Source of the DNA: Patescibacteria group bacterium
GTDB taxonomy: Bacteria > Patescibacteriota > Minisyncoccia > RBG-13-40-8-A
Reading direction: 5' to 3'
Assembly (NCBI GenBank): GCA_018897295.1
Contig: JAHILA010000018.1
Coordinates: 1-56,442, forward strand
Length of the DNA: 56,442 bases
Positions 1 through 9,099 of this stretch are shown piece by piece (position 1 is the stretch's first letter; each line of letters starts with the position of its first letter). A program made the translations under genes and the position numbers. The notes under the pieces are model-generated. The model was not told where the DNA came from, did not search any database, and was given only the letters and a program-made list of their open reading frames with translations.

Positions 1-249
1 TAAATTTATCATTGAATCAAATTCAATCCAATCCTCATTTTGGTTATCAGGATAAATATTTACTCCCCACAAATTTTCATATTTTGAACCATTTTCAATC
101 AATAACTCTTGTTCTTCAGAGTGCAATTCTCCGTCAACAGCTATAATTTCCTTTTCTATATCAACAACTATTTTAACTAAACTCTCAAACATCTTTTTTG
201 ACATTTCTTTCAATTCTTCTATTGTAATATAATCTATAATTATCTTCAT
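1..249 (-). CDS. small hypothetical protein (DUF5674-like), 3' end beyond window edge
   Basis: ATG at 249-247, open for 83 codons to position 1 (MKIIIDYITIEELKEMSKKMFESLVKIVVDIEKEIIAVDGELHSEEQELLIENGSKYENLWGVNIYP...). Absent from ORF track because no stop lies in the window. Confidence 0.45.
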   Translation of the reverse strand, partial: MKIIIDYITIEELKEMSKKMFESLVKIVVDIEKEIIAVDGELHSEEQELLIENGSKYENLWGVNIYPDNQNEDWIEFDSMINL

Positions 250-310
250 AATTTACAAACCCTTGACACGCGATTTTTTTATATGCTACCATTTATAATG
301 TGATAGCACT

Positions 311-343
311 CTGGGGTGTCTTCGGACAGCCCCAGATTTTTTT
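311..343. terminator. GC-rich hairpin (ctggggtgtc-ttcg-gacagccccag) followed by T-run on + strand, downstream of the NYN gene
   Basis: 10/11-bp stem with cttcgg-type loop. T7 follows on + strand and an A-run precedes it. It lies between two minus-strand genes. Confidence 0.4.
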
Positions 344-365
344 ATTTACAATAAATTTTATTAAA

Positions 366-875
366 CTATTGAGAAATTTCGTTTTTTATTTTTCGTAAAT
401 CAATATATTTGGCTCTTTCCAATAATTCACGGGCAATATGCCCTCGTGTAGACATAACAATAATTCTTCTTCCTTGTTTTTTGATTTTATCAATTGGCAC
501 AGAAAAATCACTATCACCAGACAATAAAATTGCCGTATCATATTTATCTATTAAGTCTACCATTTCAAATGCTAACTCCATATCAAGATTACCTTTATGT
601 TTATCACGATGGTTGGCGATTTTTATTTTCTTAATCGCTTTTGTTCGCAAAACATAACCATTAATGTCTAGCATGTCCAAGAATTTTCTTTCACTTTCTC
701 TATTCTCATCATAAGCAGCATAGATAAAACATTTTGTTTCTTCCCCACATTCTTTTTTAAAATATTTCATTAACTTTTCATAAGAAATTTTCCAACCCAA
801 CGTTTGCTGCGCATAGAAAGTATTCGCCGCATCGATAAATACATAAACTCTCCCCTTTGTAAACCCATTGATCAT
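366..875 (-). CDS. NYN/LabA-like (PIN-like nuclease fold) domain protein
   Basis: 169 aa. VYVFIDAANTFY...ILLSGDSDFSVPI pattern is typical of NYN/LabA proteins. Confidence 0.7.
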   Translation of the reverse strand: MINGFTKGRVYVFIDAANTFYAQQTLGWKISYEKLMKYFKKECGEETKCFIYAAYDENRESERKFLDMLDINGYVLRTKAIKKIKIANHRDKHKGNLDMELAFEMVDLIDKYDTAILLSGDSDFSVPIDKIKKQGRRIIVMSTRGHIARELLERAKYIDLRKIKNEISQ

Positions 876-929
876 AATTTATTTATTTCAATTTTCATTT
901 AGCTTGTCCCGTTAATTGCAAAGCAATTT

Positions 930-1559
930 TTACGGGATAAATTTAAAAGTGGAAAGAATTTGATTAACTAATTCTTCTATTTGTGTGCGGTTTTCTTGTT
1001 TAAAATTAACATTTAACATGTATCCATCGTTTTGTTTTTGGTTTCTCCAATTAATATTTATTATATTTCCATCGAATCCATACTGATATAAATAATTAAT
1101 ATTGCCTATTGTGCTGTCAATATTAATAGAACTTTGTGGTTTATAATTTTCCCAACCCCCAAAACCAATTGCGGGAATATTTATAATTAATGCAAGCTTA
1201 AAATCTTTATAATCATCATTACTTAATTCAATATTGGAATAATCTCTATACAATCCATTATCATTTTTGTATTCGTTTTTCACTATACTCATTGAATCAG
1301 GATATTTGAATTCAAATCCCTGAACTTCATTTGTATACATCTTCCAATCTTTAAATTCATCTGCTACTACGGGACATTCTGCAAATTCACAATTCTTGCC
1401 AATTCTACTAACCGTTGTTCCATCTGGACAAACTTTGGCTTCCTCAGTACACGCTGTTGGTTTATTCGAAACAAAATACCAAACACCGCCAGCGATAATA
1501 ATTAAAACCAAAGCTCCAATAATGGCTATTATTGCAATTGATCCTTTTGAAAATTTCAT
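930..1559 (-). CDS. hypothetical N-terminally membrane-anchored protein with Cys-rich linker
   Basis: 209 aa. One N-terminal TM helix, then CTEEAKVCPDGTTVSRIGKNCEFAEC. No recognisable family. Confidence 0.5.
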   Translation of the reverse strand: MKFSKGSIAIIAIIGALVLIIIAGGVWYFVSNKPTACTEEAKVCPDGTTVSRIGKNCEFAECPVVADEFKDWKMYTNEVQGFEFKYPDSMSIVKNEYKNDNGLYRDYSNIELSNDDYKDFKLALIINIPAIGFGGWENYKPQSSINIDSTIGNINYLYQYGFDGNIININWRNQKQNDGYMLNVNFKQENRTQIEELVNQILSTFKFIP

Positions 1560-1588
1560 ATTGTTAATTTTATTAATTAATTGTCAAC

Positions 1589-2077
1589 TTATTTTAATAA
1601 TTCCCCGACAATTTTATTTACTACGGTGCCATCTGTCTTGCCTTTAACCTGCGGCATCACTGCTGACATTAATTTGCCAATATCCTTTGGTCCGGCTGCA
1701 CCAGTATCTATAATTGCTTTTTTAACAATTTTCTTTACTGCATCTTCTGACATCTGTTCTGGTAGATACTTTTTTATAATTTCTAGTTCTTTTGTTTCTT
1801 TATCCACTAAATCCTGCCTATCCCCTTTTGTAAATTCTTCAATTGACTCTCTTCTTTTTTTTGCCTCGCCGGAAATAACGTCTATTATTTCTTCATCTGT
1901 TAATTTGCTTTCTTTTTCTAGTTTTTTAATATCTTTTTCTTGTTTGCTTAATTTTGTCCTTTTTTCTATTTCTTTGTTATAAATCACGGCATTAATCCCC
2001 CGTAATACCAATAACAGCAATTCTTCCTTATTAATCATTGCCTGTTTGATATCTTGATTTATTTTTTCCTTTAACAT
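1589..2077 (-). CDS. GatB/YqeY domain protein
   Basis: 162 aa. Start (MLKEKINQDIKQAM) and end (KGKTDGTVVNKIVGELLK) are characteristic of the YqeY family. Confidence 0.8.
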   Translation of the reverse strand: MLKEKINQDIKQAMINKEELLLLVLRGINAVIYNKEIEKRTKLSKQEKDIKKLEKESKLTDEEIIDVISGEAKKRRESIEEFTKGDRQDLVDKETKELEIIKKYLPEQMSEDAVKKIVKKAIIDTGAAGPKDIGKLMSAVMPQVKGKTDGTVVNKIVGELLK

Positions 2078-2173
2078 ATAAATGTATTATTCGAATCTAC
2101 GAATTGATATACGAATCTACAAATAATTCGTTGATTCGGATAAATATTCGCATCATTCGGATAATATTTATTA

Positions 2174-2383
2174 TTATATTTTTCCGAATTTTTTAAGCCG
2201 CACTTTTTCTCTTCTTTTTGCCACTCTTTCTAAAGCATTTTTCCTTCGTATGGTCCTGCTCACGGGTTTTTCGCGAAATTGCGATTTTTTCGCTTTCATT
2301 AAAATGCCGCTTTCACGAACCTTTTGGCTAAAACGCCTCATTAAAGAAGAAACATTTTCTCTTGGTTTTTTTGTAACTTGCAT
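2174..2383 (-). CDS. rpsU: 30S ribosomal protein S21
   Basis: 69 aa, highly basic, ...LMRRFSQKVRESGIL...F.EKP..R.RRK pattern. Confidence 0.85.
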   Translation of the reverse strand: MQVTKKPRENVSSLMRRFSQKVRESGILMKAKKSQFREKPVSRTIRRKNALERVAKRREKVRLKKFGKI

Positions 2384-2389
2384 GATTTT

Positions 2390-3718
2390 TTACTTGCCTA
2401 ATCTTTTTTTAATTTCATTGATTGCTTTATCTAGTCTTATTGTTTCTTGGGCGCCTGTTTTCATATCTTTAATAATAATCATATCTTCCAACGCTTCTCT
2501 CTGGCCCATAATCAACGCCCATTCTACGCCTTCTTTATCCGCGACCTTTAATTGTGATTTGAGGCTTGGCTTGCTGAATGCCTCGCCGATTTTTATTCCC
2601 TTGTCCTGAAATTCTTCGAATAATTTCAGGCATTTTTTCTTTCCCATATCTCCCAATTGGATTAAAAATACTTTCGGCTTTTCTTTTTCAATAAGCTTTA
2701 CATCTTGTTTTTTAATAACATTAATCAATCTTTCTATGCCTGCTGCCGCGCCTACTCCGGGAGTCGGCTTTCCTTTGAACATTTCAACCAGATTATCATA
2801 TCTTCCTCCGCCCATTAACGCTCCTTGCGAAGATTCCTTGTTTTCTTCATAAAATTCAAAAACAGTCCTGGTATAATAATCTATCCCTCTCACTAATTGA
2901 GGATTCAGCTGGTACGGAATCTCTAAATCATCAAGAAATTCTAAAACTTCCTTGAAATGCTTATGGCAGTCATCGCAAAGATAGTCCAGTATTTGCGGCG
3001 CTTTAACAATCAATTTGCGGCACTTTTCGTTTTTACAATCAAGCATCCTTAAAGGATTTTCTTTATATCTCCTCTGGCAGTCCGAGCAAACACTTTTTAA
3101 ATTCTGACGGTAATAATTAACCAGCGTTTTTCTGTATTTAGGAACACAGATTGAACAGCCGATGCTGTTTACATATAATGCATATCTCTTCAAATTTAAT
3201 TTTTTCAAAATACTGATAAAGACCTGAATAATTCGTACATCGCTTACCGCGCTTTCGTCGCCGAGTATTTCCCAATTAATTTGATGAAATTGTCTGAAAC
3301 GTCCGGCTTGTGGCTTGTCGTGACGGAAAAGCATGCCGGTTGTATAGAGTTTTACTGGCTGAGGCAAATTTTTCATCCCATGTTCAATATATGCTCTGAC
3401 TATACCCGGAGTAAATTCAGGTCTTAATGCATAAAGTTCGTTATCTCCCTTTTTAAAAGTATACATTTCTTTCTGAACAATATCTGTTGTCTGTCCAGTG
3501 CCTCTTAAATATAAACGCGCATCCTCAAAAACCGGGATATCAATCCTTTTAAACCCGTAGCTTGATAAAACCTGGGATACAATTGCATAAATTTTTTCCC
3601 AATATTTCTGCTCTTCGGGCAGAATATCATGCGTGCCTCTCGGCGCCTGGATTTTTATTTTTGGAATTTTCGGTTTTCGGGGCTTACTTGGTCGCCCACG
3701 TTTCTTTTTTTTCTGCAT
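2390..3718 (-). CDS. hisS: histidine--tRNA ligase with polybasic N-terminal extension
   Basis: 442 aa. RGTHDILP, class II motifs, GGGRYDNL. About 26 aa of extra KR-rich N-terminus containing an RGRP core. Confidence 0.9.
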   Translation of the reverse strand: MQKKKKRGRPSKPRKPKIPKIKIQAPRGTHDILPEEQKYWEKIYAIVSQVLSSYGFKRIDIPVFEDARLYLRGTGQTTDIVQKEMYTFKKGDNELYALRPEFTPGIVRAYIEHGMKNLPQPVKLYTTGMLFRHDKPQAGRFRQFHQINWEILGDESAVSDVRIIQVFISILKKLNLKRYALYVNSIGCSICVPKYRKTLVNYYRQNLKSVCSDCQRRYKENPLRMLDCKNEKCRKLIVKAPQILDYLCDDCHKHFKEVLEFLDDLEIPYQLNPQLVRGIDYYTRTVFEFYEENKESSQGALMGGGRYDNLVEMFKGKPTPGVGAAAGIERLINVIKKQDVKLIEKEKPKVFLIQLGDMGKKKCLKLFEEFQDKGIKIGEAFSKPSLKSQLKVADKEGVEWALIMGQREALEDMIIIKDMKTGAQETIRLDKAINEIKKRLGK

Positions 3719-3719
3719 A

Positions 3720-4268
3720 TTAATTATTTAAAATACCTGCCCGGCTGAATGGCCATGCTCTCAACCATGCCCGGCCAATAATAAATTTTTTATCTACTTC
3801 TCCCCATTTTCTCGAATCTGAACTCGCCTGCCTATTATCTCCAAGTACGAAATATTCGTCCTCGGCTAATTTAATCTCGACACTACCAACAGTATCGATA
3901 TCCTCTAAATACTCTGATTCGTCTAAAGCTTTTCCATTGATAAAAATTTTTCCGTCCTCAACTTTTATACTTTCACCCGGAAGTCCGATTACTCTTTTAA
4001 TGAAAAATTGCGACGGGTCTAACGGATAACGAAAAATTACCACGTCGCCTCTTTCCGGCGCATCAAAGCGATAACTGATTTCATCAACAATCAGATAATC
4101 ACCATCTTGGAAATTCGGCTCCATTGAAGCGCCATTAACAAAAAACGGCTGAATTAAGAAATAGCGGATGGGGATAATAATTGCCAGCGAAATAATGACA
4201 ATTTTCAGTATTTCCCAAGTAAACTCCACTACCTCCCTGAATTTATTTTTGGGGGTTGTGTCTATCAT
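3720..4268 (-). CDS. lepB: signal peptidase I
   Basis: 182 aa. GASMEPNF (Ser box), RGDVVIF, GDNRQASSDSR boxes. Confidence 0.85.
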   Translation of the reverse strand: MIDTTPKNKFREVVEFTWEILKIVIISLAIIIPIRYFLIQPFFVNGASMEPNFQDGDYLIVDEISYRFDAPERGDVVIFRYPLDPSQFFIKRVIGLPGESIKVEDGKIFINGKALDESEYLEDIDTVGSVEIKLAEDEYFVLGDNRQASSDSRKWGEVDKKFIIGRAWLRAWPFSRAGILNN

Positions 4269-4329
4269 AAATTTATTATATATGCTTCTCTGATAAAAAT
4301 CAACCGCTAATTATGATATAATATAATTA

Positions 4330-5328
4330 ATGAGTAATAATAGCAATTCAAAAAAGCTAATCGGATTCGGTACTTTGATTATTATCCTGATATTTTTAAT
4401 TATAGCAGCGCCTAAATTGGGAATATCTTTAAAAAGAGAGATAATCATCATCAACAGAAACGCCAATACTTCAACTATTAATCTCGGCAATATTGGTTCA
4501 TTGCTTCCCTTTCAAATAAAAGACAAAGACCGTGTAAATTTTCTGTTCTTGGGAATCCCGGGCCAAAGCAATCCTGCGCCGAAACTAACCGACACGATTC
4601 TTATTGTCAACAGCACTACAAAGGCGGAAAATCCCGTCGGTATTTCAATCCCCCGAGATTTGTTAGTCAAATATCCATCTGCCAACTGGCAGACTAAAAT
4701 TAATGCTTTGTATCGGGAAGGCGGAATAGAAACAATTAAAACTGTAATTTCTGAAATTATTGGTTTAGAATCGAATTATTATCTGGTTTTGGATCTAGAG
4801 GGCGTGAAAAAATTAATTGATAAATTAGATGGCATAGATATTGATGTTGAAGAAGATATTTATGACTCTGCATTTCCAGCGCAGTATAATTCATATGAAA
4901 CTTTCTCGCTTAAAAAGGGATTGCAACATTTGGACGGAGAAACTGCTTTGAAATACATCAGAACCAGAAATCAGCCGCAAGGAGATTTTTCCAGAATCAA
5001 AAGACAACAGCAAGTAATAGGCGCTTTAAAAAATAAAATTCTGTCTCTGAATTTCTTCTGGAATTTCCCGAAAATTTTGGGACTTTGGAGAATTCTGGAA
5101 CAAAACTCCTCAACCAACATCGGCCTGATAGATATTAAATACGCTTGGAATCTGATTAAAAAAGCCAATTTAGATGAAATTAAATTTAATACCATTGCAC
5201 CTCCTCTAGTCATATCCAGCACAGCAACTTTGGGAGGAGAAATTGCTTCGGTTCTTATTCCAAAATTGGGTTTAAATAATTATTCGGAAATTAGAGAATA
5301 TATTAATCAATTGATAAATAATCCATGA
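4330..5328 (+). CDS. LytR-CpsA-Psr (LCP) family cell-envelope transferase
   Basis: 332 aa. N-terminal TM, NFLFLGIPG...TDTILIV...RDLLV..., LRYIRTR-like motif. Confidence 0.75.
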   Translation: MSNNSNSKKLIGFGTLIIILIFLIIAAPKLGISLKREIIIINRNANTSTINLGNIGSLLPFQIKDKDRVNFLFLGIPGQSNPAPKLTDTILIVNSTTKAENPVGISIPRDLLVKYPSANWQTKINALYREGGIETIKTVISEIIGLESNYYLVLDLEGVKKLIDKLDGIDIDVEEDIYDSAFPAQYNSYETFSLKKGLQHLDGETALKYIRTRNQPQGDFSRIKRQQQVIGALKNKILSLNFFWNFPKILGLWRILEQNSSTNIGLIDIKYAWNLIKKANLDEIKFNTIAPPLVISSTATLGGEIASVLIPKLGLNNYSEIREYINQLINNP

Positions 5329-5822
5329 AAACTTTAATTGTCGGACTTGGAAATCCAGAGAAAAAATACACAAAAACCCGACACAATATCGGGTTTAGAG
5401 TAATTGACTCCCTCGACTGCGCTCGGGACAAGGACATTATTTTATTGAAGCCTGATACTTTTATGAATAATTCCGGAAAAGCAGTCCAAGAACGCCTTGC
5501 TTATTATAAAATTCCTATCTCAAATCTAATTGTTATTCATGATGATATTGATTTATTGTTTGGTGATATTCGCGTAAGCAAAAATTCTTCATCTGCTGGC
5601 CACAAAGGCGTGCAATCAATTATTGATGAATTAAAAACAAAAGATTTTACTCGAGTTCGGATAGGAATTAATCCCAAATCCGAAGCACGAAATCCGAAAT
5701 CCGAAACCGATACTACCGAATTTGTTTTAAAGAATTTTTCCAAAGACGAAGAAAAACAATTAAAAGGAATAATTAAAAAAGCGCTCGACGAAGTCAGCGC
5801 TCTCTTGGTCTCTTGTTCCTAG
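5325..5822 (+). CDS. pth: peptidyl-tRNA hydrolase
   Basis: 165 aa. LIVGLGNPEKKYTKTRHNIGF, FMNNSGKAV, HDDIDL motifs. ATGA overlap with upstream gene. Confidence 0.9.
   Translation: MKTLIVGLGNPEKKYTKTRHNIGFRVIDSLDCARDKDIILLKPDTFMNNSGKAVQERLAYYKIPISNLIVIHDDIDLLFGDIRVSKNSSSAGHKGVQSIIDELKTKDFTRVRIGINPKSEARNPKSETDTTEFVLKNFSKDEEKQLKGIIKKALDEVSALLVSCS
5408..5433. repeat. GC-rich element, family D copy 1 (inside pth)
   Basis: ctccctcgactgcgctcgggacaagg. Translated as SLDCARDK. Confidence 0.55.
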
Positions 5823-5993
5823 TCCTACCTGCGAGTGTTTTAAATTCTCTCGCATAAGCCAAAGAACCTAAAAGCTTTTGACTATCAACCAAATCAAGGA
5901 GGGTAGATTGGTTCTTGTCACTCATCAGGCAGGACCAGAAACACGAAACATCTAACTTTTATTCTAATACAAGCATAGCATAATGCCTTAAGT

Positions 5994-6878
5994 TTGTCAA
6001 TAGGTATAGATATGGATATTAAAAAAATAACTATAGAGAATAAAGAGTATCCTGCTGTTCTGAAAGAAATCCACAATCCCCCGAAAGAACTCTATATTAA
6101 AGGAGAAATCATCAATCAGGATAAAGTAGCAGTGGCGATTGTCGGAACAAGAAGATATTCCCAATACGGAAAACAGGCCTGTCTTGACATTGCTGGGAAA
6201 TTAGCTAAACTTGGGATTACAATTGTTTCCGGACTGGCAAAAGGCATTGATACATTCGCGCACCAGGCGGCTCTGGAAAATAACGGCAGGACAATCGCGG
6301 TTTTGGGAAGCGGAATGGATAGAAAAAGTTTTTCTCCTTCATGCAATTATGAATTAAGTGAAAAGATTGCCGAGCACGGCGCAGTAATTAGTGAATATCC
6401 AGAAGGAACAATGGGCGCAGTCTATACTTTTCCTCAAAGAAACAGGATTGTCAGTGGATTGAGTTTGGGCGTAGTGGTAATTGATGCGCCGGAAAAAAGC
6501 GGAGCGCTGATTACGGCCTCTCTTGCATTGGAACAGAATCGCGAAGTATTCGCTGTGCCGGGAAATATTTACGAAAACAATTCTCAAGGTACGAACCAAT
6601 TAATTAAAATGGGGGCAAAACTAGTTACCCGCGTCGAAGATATTTTAGAAGAACTGAATCTCTCGCATTTATTAGAAAACACGGAAAAGAAAAAAATAAA
6701 ACCAGAGAATAAAGAGGAAGAAATTATCCTTTCCATACTTTCTCTCCAGCCGATACATATTGATGAAATAATAAAACTCAGCAAATTATCAACTTCCGCA
6801 GTCAATTCTACATTAACAATTCTGGAGTTGAAAGAAGTAGTAAGAAATTTGGGCAAAAATAATTATATAATAAAATGA
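5994..6878 (+). CDS. dprA: DNA processing protein DprA
   Basis: 294 aa. VAIVGTRRYSQYG...GLAKGIDTFAHQAAL...RNRIVSGLS Rossmann-type DprA core. True start may be the ATG at 6012. Confidence 0.85.
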   Translation: MSIGIDMDIKKITIENKEYPAVLKEIHNPPKELYIKGEIINQDKVAVAIVGTRRYSQYGKQACLDIAGKLAKLGITIVSGLAKGIDTFAHQAALENNGRTIAVLGSGMDRKSFSPSCNYELSEKIAEHGAVISEYPEGTMGAVYTFPQRNRIVSGLSLGVVVIDAPEKSGALITASLALEQNREVFAVPGNIYENNSQGTNQLIKMGAKLVTRVEDILEELNLSHLLENTEKKKIKPENKEEEIILSILSLQPIHIDEIIKLSKLSTSAVNSTLTILELKEVVRNLGKNNYIIK

Positions 6879-9091
6879 ACCTAATTATCGTGGAGTCGCC
6901 GACCAAGGCGAAAACAATCAAACAATTTTTAGGCAAAGGATTCGAAGTCGAATCTTCTTTTGGGCATATGCGCGACTTGCCACAAAAAGAACTGGCTATT
7001 GATGTTGAAAATAATTTTGAGCCGAATTATGTAATCATACCCAAAGCGAAAAAAGTCGTCGCAGCGCTAAAAGAAAAAGCCAAAAAATCTCAAGAAGTAA
7101 TACTCGCTACTGATGAAGACCGCGAAGGAGAAGCAATTGCCTGGCATTTAACCCAGGCCCTTAAATTGAAAAACCCGAAAAGAATTGTTTTCCACGAAAT
7201 CACCAAAACCGCAATTGAAGAAGCCCTGAAGAATCCCCGCAACATTAATATGAATCTGGTTGATGCCCAGCAAGCAAGAAGGATTTTGGACAGATTGGTG
7301 GGCTATAAACTTTCTCCACTTTTATGGAAAAAAGTGGCTAGGGGTTTGTCTGCAGGCAGAGTTCAGTCCATCGTGGTGCGTTTAATTGTAGAAAGAGAAA
7401 AAGAAATTCAGGATTTTAAAATTGAAGAATACTGGGAAATTTCCGGTGATTTTAAAACTCCAAGAAATGAAAATTTTTCAGCCAAATTGCAAAAAATAGA
7501 TAATAAAGTAATAGATAAACTAGAAATTAAATCCCGAAAAGAGGCTGAAGCACTTTTAGAAATTTTGTCCAAAAAAGATTATTATATTGCCGATATAGTC
7601 AAAAAAGAAATCACGCGCAATCCCCTACCTCCATTTACAACTTCTACTTTGCAGCAGGAAGCAAACCGCAAATTGGGATTTTCTGCAAAACAAACCATGA
7701 TAACTGCCCAGCAATTATATGAAATGGGGTTCATTACCTACATGAGAACCGATTCTCTGAATTTATCGCAGAAATTCATCAGCGAAGCGGCGAATTACAT
7801 TAAAACCAATTTGGGCAATAATTATCTGGAAACTAGGAATTTTAAAACCAAAAATAAAACTGCCCAAGAAGCTCACGAAGCAGTCAGGCCCACTGAAATT
7901 AACAGGACTCCGGAACAGTTAAAAAACACTTCAAATAAAACCCATTTTAAACTTTACCAATTGATATGGCAGAGGGCAATTTCCAGCCAGATGAGTTCGG
8001 CTAAAATCGATGCTACCTCAGTTGATATTAACAACAAAGACGACAAATATACCTTTAAAATAAACGGGCAGATTATAAAATTCGACGGATTTTTGAAATT
8101 TTATCCTACTTCTGCCAAAGAAGAAATCCTGCCTGAAATGAAAAAAGGAGAAGACGTAAATTGCATTAAACTAAATCCAATGCAAAAATTTACCCAGCCA
8201 CCAGCACGTTATTCTGACGCTACTTTGGTAAAAACACTGGAAGAAAAAGGCATTGGCCGTCCATCAACTTATGCGCCCACTATTTCTACGGTTATTGAAC
8301 GCGGATACGCTATGAGAACCGAAAACAAACGCTTAAAACCAACTGACATTGCTTTTGTTGTTAATAATCTTCTAATGGAACATTTTTCCAATATAGTTGA
8401 TTATGACTTTACTGCTAAAATGGAAAATGATTTGGATGAAATTGCCGATGGCAAACAGCAATGGCAAGAAACTTTAAAAACTTTTTATAAACCCTTTAGC
8501 CAAAATCTGGAAATAAAACAAAAAGAATTGAACAAGAAAGAAATCACCGAAGAGAAAACGGATAAAATATGCGAGAAGTGCGGAAAACCGATGATAATCA
8601 AAATCGGAAAGTTTGGAAAGTTCCTGGCTTGCTCCAATTATCCGACTTGCAAAAATACCAAAAAACTGGATATTAATGGCGAGGAAATCATAAAAGAAAA
8701 ACCACAGATATTGGATGAAAAATGCCCGGAGTGCGGGGCAAATCTAGTTATACGGCATGGGAGATATGGTTCGTTTAAGGGTTGTTCCAAATATCCTACA
8801 TGCAAATACATTAAAAAAGAAGAACAAAAAGATTTGAATCTTAAATGCCCAAAATGCGAGACAGGCCTGCCTGCCGGTAGGCAAGGAAAGATAACCATAA
8901 AAAGAAGCAGAAAAGGAATATTTTACGGTTGCGACCAATATCCTAAATGCGATTTTGCTTTTTGGGGCAAACCCTTACCCGGAAAGCAGGCAGGTACTTA
9001 CGAAAAATGCCCGAATTGCGGTTTCCCGCTTGTCAAAACACAAAAAGATAAGGTAAAATGCAGTAATAAAGATTGCGATTTTATAAAATAG
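6875..9091 (+). CDS. topA: DNA topoisomerase I with C-terminal zinc-ribbon repeats
   Basis: 738 aa. Toprim IIVESPTKAKTI, DEDREGEAI, YITYMRTDS active-site Tyr region, multiple CxxC...CxxC ribbons. Confidence 0.95.
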   Translation: MNLIIVESPTKAKTIKQFLGKGFEVESSFGHMRDLPQKELAIDVENNFEPNYVIIPKAKKVVAALKEKAKKSQEVILATDEDREGEAIAWHLTQALKLKNPKRIVFHEITKTAIEEALKNPRNINMNLVDAQQARRILDRLVGYKLSPLLWKKVARGLSAGRVQSIVVRLIVEREKEIQDFKIEEYWEISGDFKTPRNENFSAKLQKIDNKVIDKLEIKSRKEAEALLEILSKKDYYIADIVKKEITRNPLPPFTTSTLQQEANRKLGFSAKQTMITAQQLYEMGFITYMRTDSLNLSQKFISEAANYIKTNLGNNYLETRNFKTKNKTAQEAHEAVRPTEINRTPEQLKNTSNKTHFKLYQLIWQRAISSQMSSAKIDATSVDINNKDDKYTFKINGQIIKFDGFLKFYPTSAKEEILPEMKKGEDVNCIKLNPMQKFTQPPARYSDATLVKTLEEKGIGRPSTYAPTISTVIERGYAMRTENKRLKPTDIAFVVNNLLMEHFSNIVDYDFTAKMENDLDEIADGKQQWQETLKTFYKPFSQNLEIKQKELNKKEITEEKTDKICEKCGKPMIIKIGKFGKFLACSNYPTCKNTKKLDINGEEIIKEKPQILDEKCPECGANLVIRHGRYGSFKGCSKYPTCKYIKKEEQKDLNLKCPKCETGLPAGRQGKITIKRSRKGIFYGCDQYPKCDFAFWGKPLPGKQAGTYEKCPNCGFPLVKTQKDKVKCSNKDCDFIK
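8864..8886. repeat. GC-rich palindromic element, family C copy 1 (inside topA)
   Basis: ggcctgcctgccggtaggcaagg. Its 19-nt core gcctgcctgccggtaggca is identical to 20325-20343 in leuS. Confidence 0.7.
8972..8997. repeat. GC-rich element related to family C, inverted (inside topA)
   Basis: cccttacccggaaagcaggcaggtac. Its reverse complement contains cctgcctgc...cgggtaagg. Confidence 0.4.
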
Positions 9092-9099
9092 CAAATAGC

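Noticed and set aside
263-343. Small + strand RNA gene between a TTGACA box (263-268), TATAAT (294-299) and the hairpin/T-run (311-343)
   Set aside because: The -35/-10 spacing is 25 nt, and the resulting transcript would be little more than the hairpin. It is more simply a terminator region between two minus-strand genes.
5918-5925. CUGAUGAG on the minus strand, reminiscent of the hammerhead ribozyme core
   Set aside because: The required GAAA box and a helix II closing G-C pair are not in the right register (the sequence after the putative helix II is AAAAGC), and no helix I/III partners are evident.
8638-8938. Antisense ORFs inside topA (8638-8898, 8744-8938) and similar antisense ORFs listed inside many long genes
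   Set aside because: They lie entirely within well-supported genes on the opposite strand, have low-complexity or hydrophobic translations, and in topA are prolonged by the GC-rich inserts.
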